This document shows positions 12,180-64,000 of a stretch of 64,000 nt of DNA, piece after piece (position 1 is the stretch's first letter; each line of letters opens with the position of its first letter). This DNA comes from Malacoraja senta. Taxonomy: Eukaryota. A program made the position numbers and the translations under genes. The stretch covers positions 12,710,001-12,774,000 of the forward strand of contig CM075989.1 in assembly GCA_038087875.1 (NCBI GenBank), written 5' to 3'. The notes below the pieces were generated by a model, which was given only the letters and a program-made list of their open reading frames with translations, searched no databases and was not told the DNA's origin.

Positions 12180-12720
12180 GGGGGGATCACAAGTTATCGT
12201 GTCCACATTTCCAAATAGCATATGATATGATGCCTTATAAAAGTTTACCTTGTAAGATAATGACTCGTGTTATTGAGGGAAATACCATTAGCATGATTAG
12301 TCAATTGGTTAGCTGGCAGAAAATGGACGGTAGAGGTAACTGGGTCATTGCAGGAAAATTGTTAGGGCCTAACAATTTTTCAATGATGGTTTAAGTGTAT
12401 TGTCAAATTTGTTGACACATCAAAGATATGTTGGGATATATGAATATGCATGAATACACAAAAAGACACTAAAAGGATGTAAATCGTTTAAATGAGGCAG
12501 AAGGAAGGCAAATTGAGTGTAATTTGGGGCTATCCACTTTGCAGAAAGACAAGAAAAACAATAATTTTTAAATGATTTGAAACAAATGAATGCTGAAGTT
12601 TTAAGAGGCCCTGGTGTCCCATAAGTTAAAATGCAGGTAGAGCAGGCAACTAAGAAGGAATACAGGAGAATTGGAAGGCTAAATTGCATCTATTTTAAGG
12701 CAGATGAACGTAGACTATTG
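12180..12720 (+). mobile_element. Degraded CR1-type RT fragment
   Basis: Residual similarity to the RT region at 27978-28697. Confidence 0.5.
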
Positions 12721-13109
12721 ATCAGTCCATCGAATATGAAACGGCTACATTCATTAAGACATGGTTGAAAGAAGGATAGGATTTACATCTTTGCATTCCA
12801 GGGAATAAAACGTAGGGTATGATGGGGAGTGGAAATTACATTATTGTCAAATGAGACCATCACCATTACATTATTGACAAAGGGGCCACATGAGTAGATC
12901 TTAGAAATAAAATATGAACAGTCACTTTGCTGGGATTATACTACATACTACCCAAAGTCAACAGGAGATAAAGGAGCAGATATATGAATACATCACAGGG
13001 TTGAAGTGAATAAAGATTTTAACTTTCTCAGTATTAAATGCAATCGCTATACTATAAAAGGATTGGATGAAGTGGAATATTAAAGGTCCATCCAGGAGAA
13101 TGTTTTATG

Positions 13110-13592
13110 CATATGATAATCTTAAATGGGCTAGATTGAAGATTAAGCCTAGTAAATCACGGAGTAGTGGTTTGGCAAGAGGAAAGGTAGTAGAGAAAAG
13201 GTTCTGTGTAGATGAAGAAGAAATCCCGTCTATATTGGAGAAACCAGTTAAAAGTTTGGGTCGGTGGTATGACAGGAAGTTGGATGACACTGAACACATT
13301 AAGCAACTTAGAAAAGTTGATACTGACGGGTGAGAAAGAATAGAGAAGTCAGGGCTTCCTGGCAAGTTGAAGTTGTCGTGCTTGCAGTTTGGACTATTCC
13401 CTTGGTTGATGTGGCTATTGACAGTATATGAGGTGCCAATTTCCAAGGTTGGTTAGTTCATATATTAGGAAATGGTTAGGAGTTCCATGGTGTCTTAGTA
13501 ATGTGGCTTTATAGGAAAGGTATTCTCCATTTACTTTAGCGTAACAGATGAGTTTAACTGTGCTAAAGTGAGGTTAGAGTTGCAATTATCAG
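13110..13592 (+). mobile_element. HERO-like (RLE-type non-LTR) retrotransposon RT C-terminal fragment
   Basis: WARLKIKPSKSRS...IPSILEKPVKSLGRWY...SGLPGKLKLSCLQFGLFPWLMWLLTVYEVPISKV...IRKWLGVP. Confidence 0.65.
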
Positions 13593-14436
13593 GAGGACAG
13601 TCAAAAGCCAATAACTTACTTAAAAATTAAGAGAACTGAAAGAAATGTTCAGTTATTATAGATTGAAGCATTCTGAAACAAATATGAAACAATCTTACTT
13701 AGAAGACATGAAATTAAAGCATATAATTAGTTAGTTACCTAATTGTAGCTAATTACAAAATTCAATTACTAGATCTAAACATCTATCAATTTCATAAGAA
13801 TAGATTAACATTTTTAAATAGCCTAAGTGTCCAAATAACATTCACACAAGAATTCACAATATAACATCATTTTTAAATCTCAATGTCATGGATTTACAGG
13901 CCAAATGGAAGGAATTGAATGTTTAATACCTGTAAATTAATGGGCATTTAAATCATTTTGCGAGTGAGGATTTCTGGAACGCGATCATTTGGAACGTTGA
14001 TTTGCGGTGAATTTAACCCCGTATCGGCATGAAAAATGCTGCCGCTAGTTCGGGGAATAAAATCACCGTTTCGCATGAAAAAATGTGAATTAAAGGCTTA
14101 TTAAGAAGCACTTTTATACATTAAAATAAACCACTTTTGTTTACCTGTCCCGTACGTGAAATCCGTCCCCGTTGTCGGCGTCGACGGCTTCAGAAGCTGA
14201 TTTTAAAATGACTCCAGTGCTGACAATGTCGATTTAATAAAAATTAAAAATTCACAAAACGCCCCTAGGAACGATTTTTCAGCAAACGCTTGTACTCCAA
14301 CGAAATATAATACAGGACAAGGTAGGAGAAACCCGCGTTTTAAACCCGCCCCCCCCCCCTTAAAGGCGCCAAAATCGCGCACACGGCCAGTGGCAGAATT
14401 ACAGCGCCGCTGAGGGTAAGTATTGTAACATACCTA
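13593..14436. mobile_element. Left-truncated copy of the 38622-39671 DNA transposon
   Basis: Colinear with 38825-39671 and has the same right end TTGTAACATACCTA. Confidence 0.8.
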
Positions 14437-16559
14437 TATAGAGCCTCTAGGTTGACAGATTCTACAGGGTAATTCAGCCACTGGGAATGATGTTCCATGT
14501 GGCAGGCAGCCGGAAGGGTCCACTGTTGGTCCTGCAATTGATTTGTCTCCTTTCTTGAGGTTGGTCACAATTATGGCCTCTCTGAATTACGCAAGCATGT
14601 TGTGCTTTTTCCAGACATTACAAAATGAGATTGTGAATCCTTATAGCAATCCTTCAAACTATCTGCTCCAAAGCCCTTGTTTATTGGTTGACAAATGATC
14701 TTCTTGACTTCTTTTTGATCGGGGGGGATGTCAAGGCTGGATTAGATAATTTGCTGTGGAATTAATTCAAGGGTGCTCATGTCAAGGCCAGAGACACAGC
14801 TGAGGAGTCTTGAGAACTGTTCCTTCCAGTGAATGCAGATAGCATCTCGATCATCTTTGCTCTTGTCTGTCAGTGGGTTGGGCCCTAGGGTGTTTTTGCC
14901 ATTGATGGATTTGATAGTGTTGAGGAATCTATGCTTGTCATGGGATTAGTGTGTTGCTAAACCCACCGCCTGTTCATTAGGTCAGAATGTTTCTGTTAGA
15001 CTTCAGGTGCCCATAGAGCTGTTATATTTCCCTTGAGGAGTTTGGACTTTCCCAATCCAAGAGTGCCTTAGTGCCATGTGTTTACAATTAATAATTTTCC
15101 CAGTCGCATGGATATTTTATCCATCCAGTCCTGGTTTTTACTGGTGTTTATTCACCCGTTCCAATTATACTAAACTTTGATCATGTGGACACTCAGCAAT
15201 TCTTGTTGATTGCGATTGACCTAATACGGAAAAACCACAGATATGGTAACTCACTAATAACAATGACATGTAAATAACCATTATTCAGTAATAGAGAGGT
15301 GTGCGACATGGATAATGCAAGTGCATTAAATAATATTTAAAGGAGTCTAAGAAACAATATTACTAACAATAAGCTTCAATTTGCTTGAAAGCATTGATAC
15401 TATAATTCGCTCTAACTACAGTGAATGCATTACATTTCAATTGCAGTGAATGCATTATGACTTTTTCTTTGCTAATTTCTTTGTACTTTCTAGAAGCTTT
15501 ACAGAGGTTTGCATTCAAATCTAGTGTGGTTAATTTGCAAACCAGTAAAATAGCTGCTGGTTTATTGAAAGTCCTCTATTTGGAAATGAACAGTTTAAAA
15601 GGATGTGGCAAGGAGATGAAAAATAGATTGAGTAGTCAAGGAGCTGGCTTAAGGAATTGTTCACATGATTTCATTGAGCATGCTCTTTAGTTTATTTCAA
15701 TTATTGTGCTTATCCCTCGAGAATTTATCCGTGCAAGTTTTATAATCTTTTGATATTACTCGGCGCTTGCTAACAATTGCATCATCTGTTTAGTCCCCTT
15801 ACGAAAGTGGAAAGATTGTTGCTTTTTACAAAAATGGAAGTGAGCTCTGTATATTGTGCAAGATAACAGCAGATCAGGAAATGTTTTGACATAATTAAGC
15901 CTTTCTGGTTTTGTATGTGTGTTTACTGCCTTAAAATCTACTCTAAATTTCCAGTGCTTACTATTTATTCCCTTACTATTTCCTTTGGAAATTTATTGTA
16001 CAGTCGTTACATACCATGTAATTGTACAATATGGGGATGAACCTATATGCATTTTGTGGCCTTCATTGAGTTTATCTGATTGTTCTTTTAGTTCAGCTGA
16101 AATATTTTGTCATCTCAAAAAAGGATGATCTTATTTTTGGATTGTCATCGTCTTTTTGAAGGTTTCTCTGCAAATTTAAACAGAATACATATAAAGTGTA
16201 AGTGTATATTATATATCACGAGGAATTCAATGGTGATACATTTTACAAGTTGATGGATGAGGTTGGTTGTTGAACAACACTCGTATACAAGTGATGTTTG
16301 CTATAAACGAGTACGAGTCAGCACCATCACATGTAATGATGAGTGAGGTCCCGCACCATTTCCTCTTGCTCATGTGGCTGAGCTTATGTCCTGCTCCTCT
16401 TTTATAATTGTGTGAGAGAAGTCTATGTTGGCTCTGAATTTTCCCAACTGTCCACATCAAAATAAATCCATGGAAATTCTCATCACTGGTGCCCCATAAG
16501 GCTGCTCTCTCAGCTCCTTACTATAGTCTCTATACATTCATAGAAAGTGCATTTGTTAT

Positions 16560-17950
16560 TTTTCTACGAATCCAGCAAAAGCTGTAAAATATCGATCTGA
16601 TCTTCAAAATTTTATCGGGGTAAGAAATGATTTTCCATTGTTAGATTTTGATTTGGTAGGCATGATGCTTTCACAATCCAAACATTATTTGGATTGATCA
16701 ACTGAGAGCTCAGCTAACGTTGCCAGCTGCTGCATAAATAACCTTAGGAAGCAATCGCCATCACCTTTGGAAACAAAGTGTTTTTAATGGTTCCATAGAA
16801 GGCACCCAGAGTTTTCCAATTCTACTGCTCGTGGTAACAATCACAAATACATTGCAATTTGAGGAGAATTGTGACAAACAATGGGGAGAATCCTTGGCAG
16901 CTAGTGCAGATGGATTTGCCCATCTATTTTCTTGAAGGTGGACATGATAATGGCAGCTCTGGTGTACCCTGGCATTTTACACCTTTCCTTAGATAACATT
17001 ATGAAGTTGAGACTAAAGTTCCTGTCTGTTACAATTCAGAACTACAGCAGGGATACCATTCTGTTGTAGGAATAAAGTATTTTAGATTTTCAGGGTGTTT
17101 CAAAGGTGGCAGCAAGAGTGAACCAAATATTTAGCTATGGAGTAGAGTAAAGAATACATGGATGAAGATCAGAGTTCTGGTTGGTGTTCTTTGAAGTATT
17201 GCTGCTAATTGCTTGTCTGTCTTGTTAAGTTTATTTCTGTTCTTTGCTCTCAATGGGGTGGAGCATTGATCAATTGGCTAGAGATAGCCTTGTCATGGTT
17301 GTCAGCAAATCTCTGGATCTCCTGTGCTCATTTTACTCACCATCTGTTCTCTAGGCCAGATGTTTTTTGTTGGATCTTGATGTTCAGTTGCCTGTACAGC
17401 TGTTTCTTTTCCCTTGGGGTGCGGTAGAACATTCAATCCAGGAACACAATGTGTTTGCAGTTTTAAAAATTGCTGGATTTCCTGATGATTCTCATCAAAG
17501 CATGTTGTGTTGTTTTCCAGTCAAGAACCAATGAATCTTTTAACAGAGGGACTTATGGACACTCCTGATGCTATGGCATTTCATGGCTCTTGATGGTTGT
17601 CTGTGAGATAATATCTAAGAAAAGCTATCTTTGCACTGTCCTTCACACTGAGTTTCTTGTAGCAGCATTTCTATTATTTCTGTTGCTTCGATGCCAGTGA
17701 TTGATTGAGATGTCAGAGTGGGATTAGATACCAAACCCACTCCATGAAGAAAGGCTTTCAGCCTCTGTTAGCTCTTCCAGGAGGTAGTGTATCAATATTT
17801 GTTCATTGAGCTAGCAATTTCTTCCTTGTAGTGTCTCAGTCATAGCACCAGTGCTAATGTCAGTGAGAGTCTCCAAGCTCTTGACAGAGCAGATACGATT
17901 AGGACAGTGCATGAGGGTGCTGACTTTCCAGGTACCAAAGTTCATATTGT
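16560..17950 (-). mobile_element. Very old RTE-like LINE remnant (APE endonuclease start)
   Basis: Minus strand reads MNFGTWKVST (GTWNVRTL-like) near 17945; downstream sequence is heavily decayed. Confidence 0.4.
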
Positions 17951-19335
17951 GGAGTGGGTTATTTGTGCGTGACTTCATTTAATATGGAACAGCTGGTACA
18001 TGCCAGCTATCTTGTGGTCTTCACCCTGTTAAGCATTGATCCCATGGAAATACACACCAAGTCAATTGGACACCAGACTTTGCATGGATGTCAAAGCTCA
18101 TGCACCTCCGCAAGAGCATATGCACACATGATTATATTCACACATGAATGTGCTCAACATCGATATGTCTTTCTTGCTTTCTCAATCATCTCTTTGACCT
18201 TACCCCCCATCCTTTGTCCTCGATCAAGAGGCAGTAAGAAATAGAGGGAGGAGTACAGCATTCGACCCTTTGTGCCTTCTGCATGATTCATTAAGATCAT
18301 ATCAGTCTTTTACCTTGGTATCACTTACCACTAGAGATTAAATGGGTTTTTTTTAAATCTGGAATTAATATTATTTTTAAAATGTGAATATTACCTCTCA
18401 GTCCCAATAATTTATTCTTAACACTTTTTGTACAATGCTAATTTCACTCGTATTGAGCTTGCAGTTCTCTATTTTGGGGAGATTTCTGTTGTCTTCCATA
18501 GATATTAAATAGAAAGAAAGTGCAGGCAAAGGGTTGGCATGGTTGAGGGCTTCTTTCTTTGTTGTACAATGCTGACTTTAAGATAGGCATAAAAACCATT
18601 GTATTATAGTATCCTGAATTGTCTCAGTGACATAAAATGAGTTTCCACACACCAGAATTGCACGATCCTTATAGCATATTATTGGAACTTGGCATTCTCA
18701 TACTTTTCAATTTACAATTTAAAAGGAATCTCAGCAAATTATCCAGATAACTAAAGAACATCAAGTAACAGGAATTATCGCCTGTATAAGTTTAATATCG
18801 TGGAAGATTTTACTTTCATGGTAGTTTGACTTACGAGGAATGGTTGACCAGGATTGTATTGGCCGGAGTTTGGAAGAGTTGAATTGGTGGGTCTTGATCA
18901 AAGCATGCAATATTATGCGAATGGGATGTAGAGTGGATATTTCCTCTTGTGGGGGAATCCAGCTCCAGGTTTCACTAAAATTACAAGGTCACCAATTTAA
19001 GACAGATGGGGCAAATTTATCTCCTGAATATCATGGTAAAGGTTTCCTCAAAGGGCTGTGGAAGCACTTTGTAGGGATAGGAGCAGGAGCGGTAACAGAG
19101 AGCCGTTACCATGCAATAAACCATCGGGTGATGCCCTTGACCCTGGGATCGTTCTGACAGTCCCTGAAGTTCGAGGCCGTAGCACACAGGATGATCCCAC
19201 AAAAGGATGTCATACTGGACGGGAACAGGCTCTTTGGCCCAACTTGCCCATGCCGAACAAGATGCCCCATCTAAACTGGTTCTACCTGTCCTCGTTTGGC
19301 CCATATCCCTCAAACCTTTCGTAACCACAAAAACC

Positions 19336-20035
19336 GGGTGGCGCCATCAGCATTGGTAGCCTCGCCAACGGTCTGTCTGTCTTTTCGTCTATTTTAGTGT
19401 GTTTTAAAAGTATGTGTTAATGTTCTCTGGTTTGTTTTATGTGGGGATGGGGGGGTCGGGTGAAACTTTTCAATTTCTTAACTTGCCGGAGATGGGATCT
19501 TTTTTTTCCGGATCATATCTCTGGTCGCTCTGCGGCCTAACATCATGGAGCTGGCGGCCTTGCTCGAGACTGACTTTGTGCCCCACCACGGGGATGTGGA
19601 CTTGCCATCGGAGTCTGCGATCCTTTGCCTGTGATCAACACTCCAACTGCGGCCTGCAGATTCCAACATCGAGGAGCTTGCAGTCTCAGGTAGAGACCGA
19701 TGTCAGGAAGCTCCAAAGTCGCAAGAGGTTCGACTAGCCCCGACCCAGGGTCCAATCACCCGGCGCGGGGACCTGAGATCCCCCCGTTTCGGAAGCTTGA
19801 TTGCCCCGACGTGGAGGGCCTGACCGCCGGCTACGGGAGCCAAATTCGTCCTGTCAGCGGAAGGCTCGAGGCCACCGACTGCGGGAGAACAAAGAAGGGA
19901 ATAGATTGAACTTTTTTTGCCTTCCATCTCAGTGATGAAATGTGGAGGAGACACTGTGATGGATGTTTATGTTAAAATGTATTTTATGTGTTTTGTTACT
20001 TTTTAGTGGTATGACTGTCAAATCAAATTCCTTGT
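19336..20035 (+). mobile_element. Related GC-rich non-autonomous retroelement, 3' end lost
   Basis: Same layout as 8574-9466: GGCGC...GCCTC...GTCTGTC, T-rich tract, CpG-rich body, CCTTCCATC...GATGGATG hairpin. Confidence 0.55.
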
Positions 20036-20087
20036 ATTTCCTCTCCCCTGGTACTTTTCCTTTTCGTGGGGGGAAGAGGAGGAGAGA

Positions 20088-20278
20088 GACTATGTATAAA
20101 CACATCTGTAATTTCTACATGGTGAAACCAAAATGTATAAAGATGGCCTTTAATAAAATCTGACAATGTGCACTTTAACCATATGTGATTTTTTTCCTAT
20201 TACAAATCTCAAATTGTGGAGTACAGAGGTAAATAAATAAATTATGGGTCTTTGTCCCAAACATTATGGAGGGCACTG
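20088..20278. mobile_element. Solo Tc1 TIR (right-end orientation)
   Basis: Ends CATTATGGAGGGCACTG-TA. Confidence 0.85.
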
Positions 20279-20889
20279 TAACTATTTCCAGAAACGTTTA
20301 TTGACGGGTTGCATAAGGGGACGGTTATAGATACTATTACGTGCAACTGTCATGCACCTGTTAAATGTAGAGAAAGGGCAGTGCGTCCTTCACCTCAGTG
20401 GGACATTGTGCCAATTGCCTTACTAAAATAAATGATGATTTTCATTCAGGCATGTATTCAGCTGAATTACTAAATCATCAACAAAAAGGAACATTGAATA
20501 GCAGCATGCTCGGGTAAATCCTCAACCTCAGGTAAAATAATTTATCTGCTTTCTAAATTTATGACCTTGAAATAGTCTGTGCGATGTAAACTCATTGACT
20601 GCATAACTGTTGTATTCTCAGTACATTCCAGTCCATCCATGTGCTGTTGGGAGAAATGTTTACCTCGGCACGAGTGTGACGGAATTGATGACCTTAATGA
20701 GCTGCCAATATAAGAACACTACAATAATCCTGTGCTTTAACTACAGTTCGAGCTGTCTCTCAAAAGTGCGGTACTTATTGTGTGTGTATCTTGCACAACA
20801 CTGATTATAAATAAAACAAGTAACTAAACATGGAACATGCAGTAATAGGCCCAATCAATCGGCACACCGTCCGGGTTCTGTCTGCTTGC

Positions 20890-21290
20890 ACTTTAGAGGG
20901 CTGGAAGATGAATTTATGGAGTGCGTCAGGAATTGTTTTTTAGCGTAGCATGTTGAACCTATTTTAGATTTGCCAATTTTATAGAACAGGCTATTTTAGA
21001 TTTGGTTATGTGTGATGAAGTAGGATTAATAAAATATGTTGTGTTTAAGGATTAGTGATCACAATATAGTAGAATTTTGGATACAATTTGAGGATCTGTA
21101 TCCAAGTCCATAAGCAATTTTCTCTTTATAAATATGGGCAATTGGAATGGTATGAATGGAGAATTGTCTGGAATGGATTGGATAAATAAGGGGTAGGTCA
21201 GTAGACGAGCAGTGGGAGATATTTAAACATATAGTTCATAACACTCATCAGAAATGTAAACCCAATTAGAGAGATCCCAGGAGAAGTCCA
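20890..21290 (+). mobile_element. Degraded CR1 endonuclease-region fragment
   Basis: EFMECVRNCFL...EQAILDLV. Confidence 0.55.
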
Positions 21291-21434
21291 TTCACATTTT
21301 GCAATGAGCAAGTTATTTATATTCTTTGAGCTATATTGTTTCAAATTGGACTAAGAGCTAGAGTAGTTCATTGTCCTGACCTGAAACATCATCTGTCCAT
21401 TTTCCTGATCCAGTGAGTTCCTCCAGCAGTTTGT

Positions 21435-21611
21435 GTAAGAAGGAGCTGCAGACACTGGTTTAAACTGAAGATGGACACAAAAAGCTGGAGTAACTCAGCA
21501 GGACAGGCAGCAGCTCTGGAGAGAAGGAATGGCTGATGTTTCGGGTCGAGACCCTTCTTTTGAAGAATGCTGCATGGTATTTTTTATCAATCAATCAGCT
21601 TTTTGTGTCTA
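21435..21611. mobile_element. Fold-back PLE-derived mini-insertion inside an older PLE piece
   Basis: Family sequence; flanked by TCCTC(C/T)AGCAGTTTGT. Confidence 0.7.
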
Positions 21612-22015
21612 TCCTCTAGCAGTTTGTTTTGTGACTGATATGTGTCCATAGTTTTGCACAATAAATGGAATATTCAGCAACCAAAATTTGAAAAAAGCAC
21701 TGTAACTGTCACTTACAATTGGTTAAGCTGACAACATTAAACTGTGCAAACAGGCCTCCCATTATCTTGTCAGCAGAGTCTTTCTGCTATTAGTTAAATT
21801 GTGAGATTAATGATACACGCTTCTTCCATTATCCCTCTCTCTCGTGTAGTTGGATTGGATTTGTTTCCTGAAAGCTTACCTGGCAGGGAAGCCACAAATA
21901 CCTTTTCTCTAAAAAAAAATGTTTAATTATCTTTGGTGTAAAAAGGTAGTATTTGCATTTAAGGTGAAGCATTGCAATTTGCATAATCATGTTCTTTCTT
22001 TTCAGGTGATCAGTC

Positions 22016-61687
<39,672 letters not shown>

Positions 61688-61971
61688 GTATGTCAGAGTT
61701 ACCAGCAGGTGCACACTGTGGAATTTGGAGACCAGTTAATGTCCAACTACCACTGCATATCAGAAGAAACTTTAAATCGTCGAAATAGCTGGCAGATTTT
61801 GTTAAAGGATTACAATTTTCCATTCATACTCCGCTTTATAGATCAATTATTTTTCTAATACTTTAAAGGGATATGGACTCCCAGGCCAGGTCAGAATTAA
61901 TTAAACCTAATTTATTCAGATTTCTCTTGGTTTAGTGGCCATGCCACTCAGAGGGTAGTACATTTCTGGGT

Positions 61972-62890
61972 CATAGAAACATAGAAAAACATCGAAAAAT
62001 AGCAGGAGTAGGCCATTTGGCCCTCGAGCCAGCACCGCCATTCAATATGATCATGGCTGATCATCAAAAATCAGTATCCCGTTCCGGCTTTTTCCCCATA
62101 TCCCTTGATTCCTATAGCCCTAAGAGCTAAATCGAACTCTCTTGAAAATATCCAGTGAATTGACCTCCACTGCCTTCTGTGGCAGAGAATTCCGCAAATT
62201 CACAACTCTTTGGGTGAAAACGTTTTTCCTCATCGCAATCCTAAATGGCCTACCCCTTATTCTTAAACTGTGACCCCTGGTTCTGGACTCCCCCAACATC
62301 AGGAACATTTTTCGTGTATCTAGCCTGTCCAATCTTTTAAGAATTTTATATGTTTCTATAAGATCCCCTCTCATTCTTCTAAATTCCAGTGAATACAAGC
62401 CAAGTCGACCCATTCTTTCATCATATGTCAGTCCCGCCATCCCGGGAATTAAACTGGTGAACCTACGCTGCACTCCCTCAATAGCAATAGTGTCCTTCCT
62501 CAAATTAGAAGACCAAAACTGCACACAATACTCCAGGTGCAGTCTCACTAGGGCCCTGTACAACTGCAGTAGGACCTCTTTGCTCCTAAACTCAAATCCT
62601 CTTGCAATGAAGGCCAACATGCCATCAGTTTTCTTCACTACCTGCTGTACCTGCATGCTTACTTTCAGTGACTGATACACCCGGGTCTCGGTGCACCTCC
62701 CCCTTTCCTAATCTGACACCTTTCAGATAATAATCTGCCTTCCTGTTCTTGTCACCAAAGTGGATAACCTCACATTTATCCACATTATACTGCATCTGCC
62801 TATTCACCCAACCTATCCAAGTCACCCTGCAGCCTCATAGCATCCTCATCGCAGCTCACACTGCCACCCAGCTTAGTGTCATCTGCAAAC
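61972..62890 (-). mobile_element. CR1/HER1-type LINE 3' portion
   Basis: ORF 62120-62680 LYRALVRLHLEYCVQFWS...RMRGDLIETYKIL; (CATAGAAA)n tail. Confidence 0.9.
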
Positions 62891-62951
62891 ATGGAAAAGT
62901 CACATACAGGCCCTGCTAGTAAGGACAGCAGGTTTTCTCCCCTGAAGGGTA

Positions 62952-63296
62952 TTGTGATATTGCAAGGACTACTTTGTTATATCACAAGGACTACTTTGTT
63001 TGCCCGCGTAGCAACATGTATATGTGGGAATGACATGTATATGTGGGAATGACAGATGGCCGTGAATAAACAGAGCCTTGATTTATGCTTGGCTTTAAAC
63101 CCCTAAATATGTTGTACTTCGTGGTCCCGTATCTGTTATACCATTGTTATGACTCTGGAATGACCACAAGTACACTTATTTAGGGGAACCAGAGTGCCCT
63201 GCCCATATTATGTCATTCCCACATATACATGTTGCTATGCGGGCAAACAAAGTAGTCCTTGTGATATAACAAAGTAGTCCTTGCAATATCACAACA
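62952..63296. mobile_element. Long-TIR MITE (Ginger-like by ACA terminus and 4-bp TSD)
   Basis: About 84-bp near-perfect TIRs, each containing a duplicated CAAGGACTACTTTGTT; GGTA on both flanks. Confidence 0.7.
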
Positions 63297-64000
63297 GGTA
63301 TTAGTAAACCAGGTGATAACTATTTTCAAGAAAGGTGTGATAAGTTTATGCAGCATGTATTGGTATATTTTTATTACAAATTAATTAACTGGTTTTTAAA
63401 TGCCATAACATCATGTTGCCTTTAACAGCTAAACTATTAAGCTATATTTCAGGGTCAATTGTCCAAATATGTGAATGGTTAGTTCCATGTAGAAGATATT
63501 TAATAGTTTTATTATCAGGTGCATAAGCCTTTGACTTTCTACAGAGTAGTGTATAGTAATTATTTTTCGATTTGAACGTGTCTTTGTGAATAGGAGTGAT
63601 GTGCTAATGACAAGACCAATATTTAATGCTCATTCCTAATTGTCCGTGAAACGATCATCATGATTTTTTCTCTTGAATCAATTTAAGCACCATATCAAAG
63701 AGTTATTATCCACGCGAATCATTGGTGCATGCTAAACTGTGATAATTTATGTTTATTTCGGTGAAGTTGGTTGGGTTTTAATCCACATTTAGTGGGATTG
63801 CTCATGCAACTGACAGAAATTGAGCAGCATTCCTGCTGCTTGCTGCACCTCACTGGTCAGTGACAGACCACCTTATCTAATTCGGTCTTCTGAATGTGGT
63901 GCTACTCCACAGTTGTACTCAATGTGGTCTGAATCCCTGGCAATGTATTTGATATCTGTTGTTTAAAGCTGCGTGCCTGATTTAAATTTCCACGTTTATG

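Noticed and set aside
61688-61788. ORF continuing past exon 17 as an alternative C-terminus
   Set aside because: Good donor at 61687/61688; the read-through peptide shows no recognisable homology and has no other support.

Overview
Eukaryotic (vertebrate) genomic DNA. The repeat content (HE1/V-SINE-type SINEs, CR1-type LINEs, abundant Penelope-like elements) points to a cartilaginous fish, probably a skate or ray; this is an inference. The only host gene is the 5' half of DENND4A (Rab GEF; MABP, uDENN/cDENN/dDENN and PPR repeats) on the + strand. It has 17 canonical GT-AG coding exons from ATG 22016 to 61687 (2704 nt, about 901 codons, frame-consistent) and continues beyond the window. Its promoter and first exon are not visible and may lie in the 200-N gap at 4695-4894. 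The rest is intron filled with transposons: Penelope-like elements (PLE), CR1 LINEs, a HERO-like fragment, V-SINEs, IR/DR-type Tc1 copies, hAT-, Harbinger- and Ginger-like MITEs, a Helitron, and a tRNA-Ser(AGA) pseudogene. The most interesting signal is a dispersed family of short, often fold-back PLE-derived insertions. Several carry a minimal hammerhead-ribozyme core (CUGAAGA-A-stem II-GAAA-CGUH) whose palindromic stem III should need dimerisation, and seven are flanked by 13-18 bp target duplications. One copy has three tandem cores, and one core was hit exactly by a DNA transposon.
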